The notes under the pieces: generated by a model
Database searches by the model: none
Seen by the model: only the letters and a program-made list of their open reading frames with translations
Told to the model about the DNA's origin: nothing
Assembly: GCA_964057225.1 (NCBI GenBank)
Contig: OZ059897.1
Span: forward strand, 6,510,001 to 6,574,000
Source: Auanema rhodensis
Taxonomy: Eukaryota > Animalia > Nematoda
Reading direction: 5' to 3'
Length of the DNA stretch: 64,000 bases
Program-made: the position numbers and the translations under genes
Part shown: positions 1 through 13,312 of the stretch, piece after piece
Numbering within the stretch: position 1 is the stretch's first letter
Layout of the letters: each line of letters begins with the position of its first letter

Positions 1-10
1 TCTCTCGCTT

Positions 11-70
<60 letters not shown>
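1..70. repeat. (TC)n microsatellite
   Basis: Run of TC dinucleotides. Similar tracts at ~2438-2483, 16060-16100, 16826-16905, 18734-18765, 19040-19100 and 20875-20958. Confidence 0.95.
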
Positions 71-74
<4 letters not shown>

Positions 75-837
75 TATCGAAACTCTGACTCTGTCAGATC
101 CATCAAAAAGAATAAGATACAAGAAAAGAATAAAGAATATGAAGAATATGAAGAAGAATAAGAAGAAGAGAAAGAAAGAACTGAATTTTCGATTATTCCA
201 TATATGGCAACAGATGGTAATAAAAAGGAAAATTGTCTTTCTAATATTCTATAGATTTCTTATAAAGATTTTATAATTTTTATATTGAAAATTGGATCAG
301 ATAAAGCCGTTTATATTCCATATAATATCTGAAAAAGATGGCAGATTTTTGATAATAGAAAGGCAGACTGGATGACACCTTCACTCTTGCAACCTCATCT
401 CTGAGCCTGTACTCTCAAAGGTTATGACAATAGCAAATTCATAATGAATTCATGTTTTCTACAGCTTCTACATAAGGTTTGACTTCGATTTTCGAAAAAA
501 AAAATAGAAAAGTGTAAGAACTAGAAATCTTTATTGTAAATCTCTTTAAGTAATATACACGTAAAATGAATAAAATATCAGAGAAAAGCCATTACTAACA
601 ATTAGAAATCTTAATAACGAGTGTTAGATGAATGCTTTTACATATATGTATGTGTGATGATAATCATCTGAAGATTAAATTTGAAAGAATTTTGTAGGAA
701 TTAAGGAAAAGCATTCTGTTAACATGAGGTCGATTCAGAGATTGGTATGAGATGAAGATGAGTAATGAATATATAATCGAAATAAAAACATTTTGATTGC
801 TATTCAGTCTCAGAGTTGAAATCACTTTCCTATAAGT

Positions 838-2437
838 TTACTTTCCACGTGGCTGATCGTAGGTTAATCCGGCTGTTCGGCTGCCGAGCTCAGCAAGTTG
901 GAATGTCTCAACCTCAGCTCCATCGGGCTTAGCCTAAAAGCAATCAAGTAAGCCATGCGATTTGATATGTGAATATGTGACATACCTTACAAGCAATACC
1001 AATAGATTGGTTATCATTTGGAACATTGAAGATTGTGTATGTTCCTGGATGAAGGTAGATGGTATCAAATCCATTGTGTCTGTAGATACAGGCAATAGTC
1101 TTGATGACAGTCTTGTCATCTTCCAATTCACATGTTTGTTCAATCTTAGATTCCAATGTAGTCAAATACCTAGAAAATGAAATATGTTAATGCTTATATC
1201 AACTCATGAACCAACCATCTGCATCCAATAACACGATCGACAGATGATCCATCAAGTTCGTGGGAGATGCATCCAACTGGACGATGTCCAAAGGTCTCTT
1301 GACGAACCTGAATATAATCATTCAAATAAGTCTCATAACGAAAACTTTAATTTACTTGGCATTGATAGACAGTTCTATCTTTACGATAACGATCTCCGTC
1401 ATATAAGTTCTTGTTCTGATATACACATCCGATGACATTCTTTTGGCATCTTCCTCCATTTACTTTACAGTAATAGATATAGTCTCCATTCTAAATTATA
1501 CTAATATATCAATTTTCTTTTCATATTATATCATGTAATTAATGTCATTCTGAACTTCACATCATAACGTTTTTAAACAAAAAAAAAAGCAGTTTATAGT
1601 CTTGATAACTTGTTTTGCAATCATTAAATACAAACCTGCCACTGTTGTCCAACTGAATAATGTTGACCAGCATGAACACAGCCAACGCTGCAGAGTTGCA
1701 CAACTCCACTGCTTTTCTCTTGGCACTCATATCTGAAATTTAAAGATATAAATAAATTTATAGATATCCTTTTCTATATACGTATAGTCTTCGAGATCAT
1801 ATTTTTCCCCAATTTTCAAGACGCGAGACTTATCATGGGTTAAACATCCTTCAACTGTAACCTTCAAGAAACCGTTGACTCTCGAACATTTGTACTCGTA
1901 CGTATTCTGCAATAAACGAATAATTAAATTAACGAATTTTAGTGCAAAGTAGAAGTTAAAATGAAAATTAATTCAAATTAGAATATTATATAAACCTTAG
2001 GATCTCTCCAAGTTTGTTCAGGTTGCATAACAGCTCCTTGTTGACTGACACAAGCTGTGAATTCAAATGCAAGATATCCTTCAGCATCTATAAGTTTTTA
2101 AATTCAATTAATGTCTTCTGTCATGATGGCATACCAACAACACATTTGTTAACGAATCCTTTCTGTTGGAATTCTTCACCAATCTTTACGCGGTCCCCAC
2201 TTGGTGTGAAACATCCTTGTGGTTGAAGCTCACCTCCTTGACATACATAAAAGTATTTTCCTATAATAAATAATAATAAATATTCTATTTTAAATTGCTT
2301 TGAGATGTTATATTCATTCAAATGCCAATCATTTTATAATTGATTATGGTTGCCAAAACATCATTGTTTTTTCTTTTATTATTACACATCGTCATTGATA
2401 TCAAAATTTGACCAGGTATATTCACAAGAAAAGACTT

Positions 2438-2488
<51 letters not shown>

Positions 2489-3375
2489 ACAAACGTTTTG
2501 AAGAAGAATCATTGAACGTTCATATTCACGTGAAACTTTTTTTGCACGTGAAATACTTTCATTTTAATTTCTAGCGTCGCTCTCATGAACGGTTGTATCT
2601 TGTTGTAGAACTGTGATTGTTCCATCATGGGTGGCCTAATAATTGTGTGAAAATTAAAGAAAACAACCTCTATCATCAATGATAATAGGATCAAAAACGT
2701 TTGTTACATCAGAACGATCAAATAAAATTGGAATTATAATCAAATTACAGTATTGCTTTTGCAACTATTTTTTACAGTTTTTGTTTGTCTCTCACTCTTT
2801 TTCTATATACAATGGGTGGCTCGATTTGTTTCAACTAACCTCGTTCAACTTGTTCTCCTTCGCTCCACCATTTGGCAGGTTGGCCATTTCCGCTGCTCCA
2901 GCATCTGTAAGACACGATGGTGTTAAAATGATCCAGAATTCATCAAAAAACTTGATGGGAAATTTTGAAAAAAAAAATTTACAAATCTATTTTCAATTTT
3001 AGAATTTCTTAATATAATTGGATTTTGCACTGTCGTTGCAGATCATTTTGATGAAAAAAAAATTTGTGAACGTTCAATCGAAATGATTTTCGGTGATTCG
3101 TCTCTGATTGAGGATGTGCGCATTGCATAAAATATAAAAAAAGGCAAACGGAACTAATTGACGAATCGCAAAAAGCAGATTGATTTTCATCAATTTCAGG
3201 TAAAAATTAAATAGAAACAGGTGATATATTCATATTTCAAAAGTACAAGATTGAGAAAGAGGACGTTTTTGTGTTTCAAAGAAAAATTTAGAGGAAGTAA
3301 GGCATACCTTCCAGTTGAATCAGCAGCAATGAATGCTGGTAGCGAAAGCAAGAGTAGAAGTGATGCAGAAATCAT
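838..3375 (-). CDS. Secreted cysteine-rich repeat protein, MIG-18-like (fibronectin type I-like repeats), about 10 exons
   Basis: Spliced frame with GT-AG introns: signal peptide MISASLLLLLSLPAFIAA, then RCWSSGNGQPAKWWSEGEQVERGKYFYVCQGGELQPQGCF, YEYKCSRVNGFLKVTVEGC, VGCVHAGQHYSVGQQWQNGDYIYYCK, ending TYDQPRGK*. The family call comes from the recurring GC..G..Y..G..W...Y.C units and is from memory. Confidence 0.8.
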
Positions 3376-6300
3376 TTTTTTTGATAATTGAGTAAGTTGG
3401 ATCTTCGTCTTCTTCTGAATTTCCGGAAGAATAGGAGGAGGAGACGAGGTTGATGGACGGTACAACGGTTGCCGATGTTCTCTCTTTATACCAGAAGACC
3501 TAGTAGGCGGATCGTTCACGAAGCAAAAGGGTTGGTCAGAAGTAGACAGACAGCTAAAGTAATTTTTTTCTTTTTTTGAAAATAGTCATTCTAAAATAGT
3601 AACAATTTTAAAAATTGAAGAGAAATTAGAGAAAGAGACGAAAAACGTTCAAACAAAAGCCACTAGTTGATGGAGCATGAATGTAGGTTATACAAGTCGG
3701 AGACGCAGCATTGGTGCTGGTTACTATTACAAGTAATAGTAGCGAGAGAGTGACAATTTGTGTATGGTTAGTGTATTTGTGTATGATCATCAGGTGGAAA
3801 AGTATTGAGAAGAGAAGAACAGAGCAACAAGCTGGTCCTGTCTTCTTGATTATGTGTCGCTGTCTTCTATTACAGGCTTCATTTAGATCCAAAATTTGAC
3901 AAAAAATAGAAAATTAGGTGTACGATTGTAATGAAAAACCAGACCAAATCATTAAACAAGACATATATTGAGTTATTGAATAAACTTCTTTTGTATTCCA
4001 ATTATCGTCTATAATGATTTTTTACATGAAGCTGAACATGTAACATGTAACTACGAGAGCGAAATATGCGAAGTTAATGTTCGATTTGTCTCCATCTTTC
4101 CTCATTTTTTTCCAATTACGAGATATTATTATACTCTTTTCTCAGTCTTTCCTCCACAAAAACCTTTATTAGCTGATAAGATGATCATAAAAAAGAAAGT
4201 TTCAAATAAAAACACTCAGGTTGGGACTATGTGTAACTAATTTCTTGGGGTTAAAGTAAGAAATAACACACTTATGTGAAGAGATTAGAAAAAAACATTT
4301 TGATGGTTCGGTCATTTGATCCAAAAAAGGTAATTCAGGCATTTTAACCGCCTACACAAGCAAGTTTTGCTGTTAAATATTTGAATTTAAAAGTTTAATT
4401 GCATCAGAAGCTGTATCATTCATATCATTTTCAACATAAATCCTAAATTGAACTTTTTATGACTTTGGTCAAGGTAAGTTGCAATTCAATAAGTACATGC
4501 ACACACACATACATACACACATGATGATATCATAACTGATTTCATAGATATCCAAAAAATGAAAATACCAATTCTATAATATGAGGCCAAACTGATAAGT
4601 AGAGACAGCTATCATAACAGAAGCCCCGAAAAAAGGGAAAAAAACGTTTTGAGCCAAAAGACAGTCGTAATAGGGTCAGTTTCATGTCAGATTACGTCTC
4701 AATTAAACGATAGCCTTGAGAGAAACTGGCGAAAGCACGTGTTACGGATGGTAAGTGAAGGCGACGTTCTGTCGAAGCCGGTTCCGGTTAGTTCACATTA
4801 ATCGGAAATGATACTCAAAATTGGTATAACTTATTACAATTCGAAAGAAAAAAGAAAAAAACGGTTGTTATCAGAGATAGGGACATACGGTTTAACAATT
4901 ATTTTCTCGGATCTTATCTCTCTTTTCAGTTTTCATTAGAAAGTTTGTTCTTTATGCAATCTTAAGGACATTTCTTTGATAACTTTTAGAGATTTTTCGA
5001 TGATTTTTCTTATATTTCCAAAGCAAATACAGCTGAAAATACATTTTTCTATTATTGAAACTAACTTATTTCAAGAATCAGGTTTTTGGATATTGAGGAT
5101 GAGGTAGATTGTTCCAAATACAGTTTTCGTTGTCTCTTCTTCTCGTCACTTAAGTAAACAATTCAAAATTGAAAGTGATGCTGGTAGGCGGCTGAAGACA
5201 AACTAGTGGATTACATCATCGTTTCAGGATATTTCGAGATGAATGAATCTGTATGTAGATATGACAACCTCATTCTATTCCTTTTTTGTCTCCTTTTTTA
5301 GTTTTTTGTTCTTTTTTTGTCGAAAATTTGAAAAGAAGATGTAAGCTGTGTATGAAGACTATGAAGGAGTAAGAGAGAGAAAGAGAAAAGCCCTTTTAGT
5401 TTGGCCAACTAACTGGTCAATCTGGTCAGTATTTTCAATCTAAATTCATCCTTTTTCCTGTGTATGACCTACATTAGGCTTCTTCTCAATGAATTTACTA
5501 ACAAGGAACATATCACGATCAGGAAGGCAATACATCAGAAGCTCCATCAACACCTCTTCACACGTCCATCTTCCAAGCAAAACAACATTTACTGTTCTCA
5601 AAAGGTTTAGTTGTTTCGTGACTAATCCATCTTTCTCATCCGATAACATGCGCAAGCTTCTCTCACAGCATTTGAGAACTTCAGCTGCTCATCGGAACAA
5701 CAACGAGAAGTAACAAGCTGATTAAACTATATACTATGTATGTACAGTGTATGCTGTTAAACATTACAATCGAACAAATTAATTTCACTGTTTTGAAACA
5801 AAAAAATCAAAAAAAACACAAGTTTATACTCTTCAGTATCTCTCGTCGTCTCACTATTTCTCTCCTATAGTTTCTCTCTCGAAGCTTCTCACTTTCTCAT
5901 TCTATTCTTCATTTTCATTTAAGAAAGAAAAAGTTTTCCATCCAATTACTTTGAAGATAAACCAAATTTAAGTGTTATGTGATTGCCCTAATTAGATATC
6001 ATAAAATTAGGTTGACGATTTAGTACTTTTAAACAAAACAATTTACAAAAAAAAGCTCTAAATTTTGTACTTTTATGTAAAACATGATGATAATGATCAA
6101 AATAACCATAAAGTTTTGTATCTTTTTTGGAAAAATACTTATAGCAGGTATATAACAGTGTCTTGCAAATAGAATATCTATATCTGTATCATAGTTAAAT
6201 TCAAAATAAGTTATAAAGTTTGTGAACAAGGAAGAACACATTAGATCCTTAACTTAATTTCATTTTAATTCCTGATTGTTTCTTCCGCATTTCGTAATTT

Positions 6301-6474
6301 TATTTAGACATAACATACCTCATTCAGTGCGTAAACAGAGACATCTTTGAAAATACAAGTTAGCAGGAATCACAGTGAATACAACTCCTTATACAATTCC
6401 TAACCGACTCTTAACTTCATCTTTGACCTTCTATTTGCCCTCTCCTGTTTTAATTTTATCTCCAGCTTTAAAGA

Positions 6475-7509
6475 TTAGTGATAAGGATAAAAACTTTTAT
6501 TGCAACTTATTCCACAAAGTTTAGCATTAGCGGTATACTGAATCGTGTGAGCTACTGGCCATCCACCGAATGGCGTGAAATCCTTACTTTGTGGAGCTTC
6601 CCCGGTTTCCGGAGCATCGGCCAACCTATAGAAATTCAATGAACTGTGTTCTATTTTGAGTATGAAATACCATAATTTGATATAGTGTTTAGCGAATTGA
6701 AGATGATCAACATTATCAGTAATCTCGCGCCAGTCGTTCTCATTGGTAAGGATACTGATAATATACCAACCCTGAACAAAATAAATGAAAATCTAATTTC
6801 AAATAGAGGCTATTCACTTTTTCTTCAGAAGCATCAAATATTTCCTGAATTAACTGAACATTCTTAGCAGGATCTTTGTTCCAATTCTCAGGAGAAGTAA
6901 CCTATGGAGTGACAAAGTAAAGTAAGACTTCGAAAAATATGAAATACCCAAACATGGAAATGGTTTACTCGACCCAAAAGCCCACAATATGAACTATAGA
7001 TACCGTCCATCATCTCATTGAATTGATCAAACCCACATTTTGACCCTTTTGGAGACGGTATCATGTGGATATTTACATAAATATTTGGATCTGAAAATGA
7101 CAAAACTGAACGGTTGGTCTTCAGTTATAACATACATTGTGCAGCCAGTTTGTATGAATTACATACATTTTTATCAAACATTCCATTATCTTCGCCGTTG
7201 TAAGCTCTTCAAGCATACTATATGAATACGAATTTTAGTATTATTAATTACCTTACCGATATCCATAGTTGGCTATGCTGTTCAGATAAACAGCTTATTT
7301 GACCATCAACTACATGCTGTGAAAAATCTATTATCTGTTTCTTAGAAGTCTAAAAAAATGAAAAATAGTCTTGAAGAAAAAGGGGAACTAAATAAGACTA
7401 CCTCAGAGGAAATGCTAATGAAGATAAAGCTTAAAGTGAAGAATAAGAATAACCTAAATTAAATTAAATTTCAATTATGTTTGAATAGGTATTTATAATA
7501 CCTGGTCAT
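6475..7509 (-). CDS. Protist-type (GH25-like) nematode lysozyme-like protein, copy 1
   Basis: 8 exons: MTRLFLFFTLSFIFISISSE / IIDFSQ..ISCL / AYNGEDNGMFDKNVC / MIPSPKG / VTSPENWNKDPAKN / TNENDWREIT / DFTPFGGW...QY...CGISCNK. These motifs are typical of C. elegans LYS proteins. Confidence 0.88.
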
Positions 7510-7661
7510 TTTTATTAACGTGGTGATATGAAATGCATTAGTGATATTTATAATTATAGAAGAGGAGAAGTTGGCTGATTTTTAAACTTTTTAAATATAT
7601 ACGCAATAAAATATATGAATATAACGTTAAAATGCGTATACCGCATCTTGTCAGACAAGAT

Positions 7662-8140
7662 TATACTTGGGCAATAAATCGGATTTTTACAATTTCGACT
7701 AACGACTAACCAGTGTTTTTCAAGATTAGTCGGATTCAACTAATCAACTAATCACGCATTATTCATAATTTTATTCGAATAATTAATCGACTAATTTAGA
7801 CTAAAAATAATAGTCGAATTAGTCGTTTAGTTCGTAATATTAGTCGTAATTTGTCGCCGTTGATTTTCTGCCGAATTATTATTTATCGACTGATCGTTCA
7901 ACATTCCTTAATATTTATTTCAATTTTATCATATATTTAATTTTACTTTATTTTATTTTACTTTATTAGCATTTCAACTAGTAACATCTATAATTTCCAT
8001 TGGGTCTTCTTCCATATATTGTTCATCTTCTTCCGATTCTTCTACCACTTCCTACTGAAGAGGATTTAGACAAATTTAGTCGATTTTAGTCGTTTTTCAG
8101 TCGTTTTTCAGTCGTTTTTTTTTAACCGTGCCCAAGTATA
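7662..8140. mobile_element. Non-autonomous TIR element (MITE-like)
   Basis: Perfect 12-bp inverted ends TATACTTGGGCA (7662-7673) and TGCCCAAGTATA (8129-8140). Internal CGACTAA/TTAGTCG sub-repeats in both orientations. Confidence 0.65.
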
Positions 8141-8181
8141 TTCACGAGACAAGTCTTGTAACAAGACTTGTCTCGTGAATA
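8139..8181. repeat. Perfect 43-bp palindrome (21-bp arms, 1-nt centre)
   Basis: TATTCACGAGACAAGTCTTGT-A-ACAAGACTTGTCTCGTGAATA. Confidence 0.95.
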
Positions 8182-8439
8182 AAACAAGACTCAGCATGAA
8201 CTTCATGGACATTCCCGGCAAAGTCATGTCTGAACCTAAAATAACGGATGTCTCATTGTTTAAAAAGCAGATTTATTAAAAATAAATAGAATTAATTCAG
8301 AAATATTCAATTACTTTGAATATTTATCTTGTACAGAAGTAGATTTGTTAATTTTCGCGATCACCTCTGATGTTCTTCTTAGTAATTCTATTAGCGGAAT
8401 CAGCTTTACAGTTTATAAAAATTAATTTTAAATCTTGCA

Positions 8440-8660
8440 TTTCAATGGTGAGAGAGAAGATACATGTTTAAAAATAGAGGACTGTATTGATTATTTAAAA
8501 AATTTAGGTAAAGGATGTATTTTCGAAGTAGATTTGGAATATCCTAAGGAATTACGCTCAAAGCACAATGATTTTCCTCTGTGTCCAGAAAATGTGAAAA
8601 TTGATAAACAAACCGTAAAAAAGTTGTGTAATACATTATTTGATAAAGAGAAATATGTTA
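8440..8660 (+). pseudogene. Fragment of a protein-primed family-B DNA polymerase (Polinton/Maverick/adintovirus-like)
   Basis: KGCIFEVDLEYPKELRSKHNDFPLCPE...KKLCNTLFDKEKYV matches the remembered G..EVDLEYP.ELH..HND.PL.PE...KL...L.DK..YV block of pPolB. Intronless and truncated. Confidence 0.8.
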
Positions 8661-9995
8661 ACTCCTCGTTGAACGGTGCTCTGGAATATACATATATACA
8701 TACAACACGATTGAATTACTGTGAGATTACCATTGCAGCAATGTTGATGAGAATCAACGCAGATATATAAAGTTGGGACATTGAGCTTCAGAACTTAATT
8801 GAAAGAAATGATTACAAATTATTTGAAATGAAAGTTTTCAAGAATTTTTTTTGCTTCAAACATTAATTTGAAAAGCCAATTAGCTCTTGATAACTAATAG
8901 ATAAGTTATCACACAAGTTTCTTCCGCAAAACAAGGCGTACACATCTTCTTTTTGGCTTTATAGTGTTCTACATCTATTTGGACGAAAAATCTAATAAAA
9001 TGCAGTTAAAACTTGTATAAATATTGTTTTCTAATATATAATTTATATTTATAAAAAAATTGTGTTATGTTATAAAATATAGGATAAAAATCGGTATTGA
9101 ATGACTTTCATAAGCCCCGTTTTTCTTTTAAAAATATCTATTTTTCTCACTTTTTTCTAATTTTTTTATTTATTTTTATGAATTTTAACCAAAGTTAAAA
9201 CGTTATTATAACAATGAAATAAGAAAAAGTTTTATTATGCATAAGCTAAAAATCATTGAAGACTTTTATACTTTTGGTGACAATGGATGTTTGAAATGAA
9301 ATACAGTTACTATTTTCTTGGGCAAATTCATGATAAGAGCAGCTATATTATAGTCATTTGAACAGAAATAATTATTAAAATTCTAAATATAATGAAAGAG
9401 AAACCGGGAACAGCAAAAAAGGGAACAAGGCAATTAAATTAAATTAACAGTTCACGGCAGAAACAGAAACAATAGCAACAACGAAAATTTTCAGAAGAGC
9501 TGGGAAAAGAGAGTACGATGGAGGGTTCAGAAAAAGGAATTTGCGGGTGGGGTATTTTGAAAGTTTTATCTCTCGAACATCATAGAAATAATCAGTTTCT
9601 TTTACATTTTTAGTTGTTTCTCCACCTGTCAAATGAAAATTTTCTAATTGGTGAAAAGTAGCACAGACTACACGTCTAGCACGTATTTCAATATTTTACT
9701 TGAAATCTCAAAATCTTAAGAAAATCTTTTATAATTTTTAAAAAGTTAAAAGGAGGTTTAGAGGCTACGAACAAACAGGATGTGATGGCCGGATCAAATG
9801 ATAACTTATCTATCAAATATCAGGCGTAGTTGGCTTTAGTCAAATAGAGGACAGAGAAAGATAGAAAGAGAACAAAGGAGAAGCAGAGCGGAAGAGAGCA
9901 AAAAATAATTCGCTTATCTATTAGAAATGTATTCTCATAGATGCATATAAGCAGTAGGCTTCTAACAAATTCTCATATCATTTCACATTTCAACC

Positions 9996-11023
9996 ATGCA
10001 AGCTTATATCCTACTTGGTTTTGTTTTCGTCGGCGTGAATACGGTATATTGGTAGATTTCTGATAGTTTGTTTGTTATTTTTCAATCATTTCAGCTATCT
10101 GCACTTCGTAATATAGATTTTTCACAACCAGTAACTGTTAGTCAAGTTAGCTGTCTATCGAGTTCTCATGACAAAATTGGCGTACACGCCAGGTATTTTC
10201 ATATTTGAAGTCATCGAATCCGCCTGATATGTATTTCAGAATCTATATGGGTGAAAATAATGGAATGTTTGATTATAATGGTTGTACTACAATCAATACC
10301 ACAAAACATTGTACGTTTTTCGTGTTTCATCTTGAGAACAACAACCGTTCAGCTTTGTCTTACAGCAAAGAAATGAAACTTTGAATTTGATGCCATACGG
10401 ATTTCAGATAACAATATATATCCACACCTTTATATGGTGCCATCAGCAAAAAGTAACAAAAGTGGAGAAGTACAAGCTAATGAAGTTATGAATGGTATAA
10501 ATGGTCCACATTGTGCTTTAGGTATCAAACAATTCAGTATTTGGGTATTCCATACTATTTGATAATTCTTTATATAATTCTTTAATTTTATAGGTCAGAT
10601 CACCAAAGGATTGGCATTCAAATCCATCTAAGAATATTGAAATAATTAATGATATTATAAATGCTGCTATTGTAAAAGTGAGTAAGAAATCCTTTTCGAT
10701 TTTGACTTCTTTTTATTCAGAATTGGGTGATTGACAGCATTTACACGAATGTGTTCGATTGGAGAATGATTACAAACGATTTTAATAGCAAAATATTTAA
10801 TCAGTATATTAATTTATGGTATTTCCTGTTCTTAATAGAGCATAGCTTATTCAATTTCTATAGGTGGTCCAATGCTCCTAGCACAGATGACCCCAACCAC
10901 TGCTTGGATGATTTCAAAACGTTCGGAGGATGGACAGCCAAAGACATTAAATATGTTCAGTATGCCAAAAAGTTCGACGCTTGTAGAATAACTTGTAACA
11001 TGGATCACCGTACAAAAGAGTAA
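9996..11023 (+). CDS. Protist-type lysozyme-like protein, copy 2
   Basis: 7 exons: MQAYILLGFVFVGVNT / NIDFSQPVTVSQVSCL / IYMGENNGMFDYNGC / LYMVPSAK / VRSPKDWHSNPSKN / IYTNVFDWRMIT / DDFKTFGGW...VQY...CRITCNMD. Confidence 0.9.
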
Positions 11024-11723
11024 CTATTTCATTGACCTCACAAATATATTTTATTTGTAAAATAGTTTTTGTATATTTTTTTAATCTCAAAAATGAAAAA
11101 TTTTAAAATCAAAATGTAGTGAATGAGAACAAGTTACACCTTTTTTCTAATTCGTTTATTTTGATCTGAAAAAAAAAAGCTGAATACAAATTTTTATGAA
11201 AATGGCTCATCCAGCTTGGTTCACTACGCGTAGTAACTCCGGTCTGCAGATAAGCCTTTCCACGATACAAGGTACCAGAGTTAGAAGGTTAGCACAGGAA
11301 GGTTGCATTTACCAGTTGAAAAACAAGGACGTTGTGTGCTTCCGATAGAGAATGAACCACGGCCTTAAGAGCAGCTTTAATTTAGCAACTAGTTCGAACA
11401 ATTGGTAAGGAAAAACTTGAAACTCAGTGACGAATCAACAACATTGAAAGCAGAGGCGCATCTGTGCACGGAGTTGCTTGATTCATTTCCACGCTACGTG
11501 AACGATAAATCCTTTTTATAAAATAACAGAAAAAACCATGCAAGAAATAAATGTAATAACCTGAGCCCCAGTGTCCGGTTTTGGAGAGAATGTAATCGAA
11601 AGAGATTCATTAGCGAAATACTTTCTGAAGTAGGATCCCACAGTCTTGAAATTGCAATTATTGACTCAATAAAGTGCCGTCAAAAATACTCACTATTTGA
11701 TGTTCTCTTTTACTCCATTAATG

Positions 11724-12723
11724 TCGTTGTGTGCATCTGTTGCCCTCCCCCCCCCCTACAATTATTTCAATGTTAATTCAATTTTTTTATGTTAGCGGTT
11801 GTCTATAGCGCGAAAAAGAGACTCAAAATTTCAAAAAACAATTATATTGAAAAAAAAATTATTTATTTTGATAAAGACTTTCGATAACAAGCTATATCAT
11901 TCAAAATTAAATCAAAAATTCTTTGCCATCTGAATCGTTTTCTGTACATGAATCTAACGTTCCTTTGTGTGATTTTCACATTCTCTTGAATTTCATCTTG
12001 GCCACGTTCCACATAGATTCTACTTTGTTGGTGCAAACACCAGTAGAAGGATCCACAGAATTTTCGAAATGGTTGACGGTCATATTGGTGTAGTTCATCT
12101 CCATCAAAGGTATGCCATTGTAGCTCTTCCAACAATCAGATATGACTGTAGTTCCTTCTTTTATCGATGCAGGATTCCAAAGTTTCTTTGGTTCTATCAG
12201 GAATATGAAGCATTCATTAGTTTTGTGACGAACGCCACCAAAAAGCAAGGCCCACACTTCTCGAAGCAAATTATTCCGGACCGAAATGGAAGATGGCATT
12301 CTTAAAAAATATATAAACAAATATATGCCACTAATCAAATATACCTTCAAACCATGTGCCTGATTTCAAACTGATTTCTTTACTGCATTTTTTATCGATA
12401 CATCGAAATCTATCTCGCTTTTCAGAGAGCATTAATTTCATTTCAGTACCGCAGTTACAAACCCTTTCTTTTGGCAGCAAGTGCTTTTCTTAGAAAAATT
12501 GAATGCATTTTTCTTTAGTGGCAATTAGGGCAAAAAAGCCAAAAAAAAAAAGACCATTCTTATCAAAATAATGAATAGAAATGATTTAAATATGTTAAAT
12601 AATTTATTTTCAATGATGAAAAACGGCTGTATGTATGTATTACCTTCCGGAACATTTAAACTAAAGTCGAGTGAAGACCCAATAATTTAAAGAATGTGGG
12701 GTGGCAACAAAAGCACTAGAGCC
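11724..12723 (-). mobile_element. Degenerate Merlin (IS1016/IS1595, ISXO2-like) DNA transposon
   Basis: Minus strand carries the zinc-ribbon N-terminus (ERVCNCGTEMKL...FRCIDKKCSKEISLKSGTWFE, ~12345-12480) and the catalytic region (LFGGV...GTTVISDCWKSY...TVNH..N.VDPSTGVCTNKVESMWN) with deletions. Imperfect inverted ends GTGCATCTGTTGCCCTCCCC (~11731) and GGGGTGGCAACAAAAGCAC (~12697-12716). Confidence 0.85.
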
Positions 12724-13312
12724 GAATCATCCTTTTTCTAACACTCATACCAGATACGGAGAATTATTTACACCTTTTATATATACGTTGTGTAAAACAT
12801 GTAAACCGATTGATCCGGAGGCAGTGGGTTATCTACCCACCCCATTGTCGCTCACTTGACTCATCTTTTTCCTTAAATTAATAGTGGTATTCTTATAAAA
12901 AAATTTAGTTTTAAATTTTGACAATTTCTATAAATTTCTGTTAGAAACTAATACATTAACTGTCGTATTTCTTAAGCTAATTTTTACATAAATAGTTATA
13001 AAGTCGTAGATTAAAAAGAAAAAATTAAGTCAAGTGAACAACAATGGAGTTTTAACTGATAATCTACTGCAGTTAATGTATGTATTAGTTTCTAACAGAA
13101 ATTTATAGAAATTGTCAAAATTGAAAACTAAATTTTTTTATAAGAATACCACTATTAATTTAAGGAAAAAGATGAGTCAAGTGAGCGACAATGGGGTGGG
13201 TAGATAACCCACTGCCTCCGGACCGATTGGTTTACATGTTTTACACCACGTATATATAAAAGGAGTAAATAATTCTCCGTATCTGGTATGAGTGTTAGAA
13301 AAAGGATGATTC
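12724..13312. repeat. Long inverted repeat (foldback) with ~235-bp arms and ~110-bp spacer
   Basis: 12724-12961 is the reverse complement of ~13070-13312 with few differences. Diverged copies of the internal CACTTGAC/GTCAAGTG unit lie in the spacer and at ~13425-13485. Confidence 0.92.

Noticed and set aside
2318-2574. ORFs with ERERER/SLSLSL runs (also 15933, 18690, 20863-21095)
   Set aside because: Translations of (TC)n microsatellites.
11792-11802. TTAGCGGTTGT as a member of the ACAACCGCTCA family
   Set aside because: It lies inside the Merlin subterminal region with limited flank similarity; ambiguous, so not counted.
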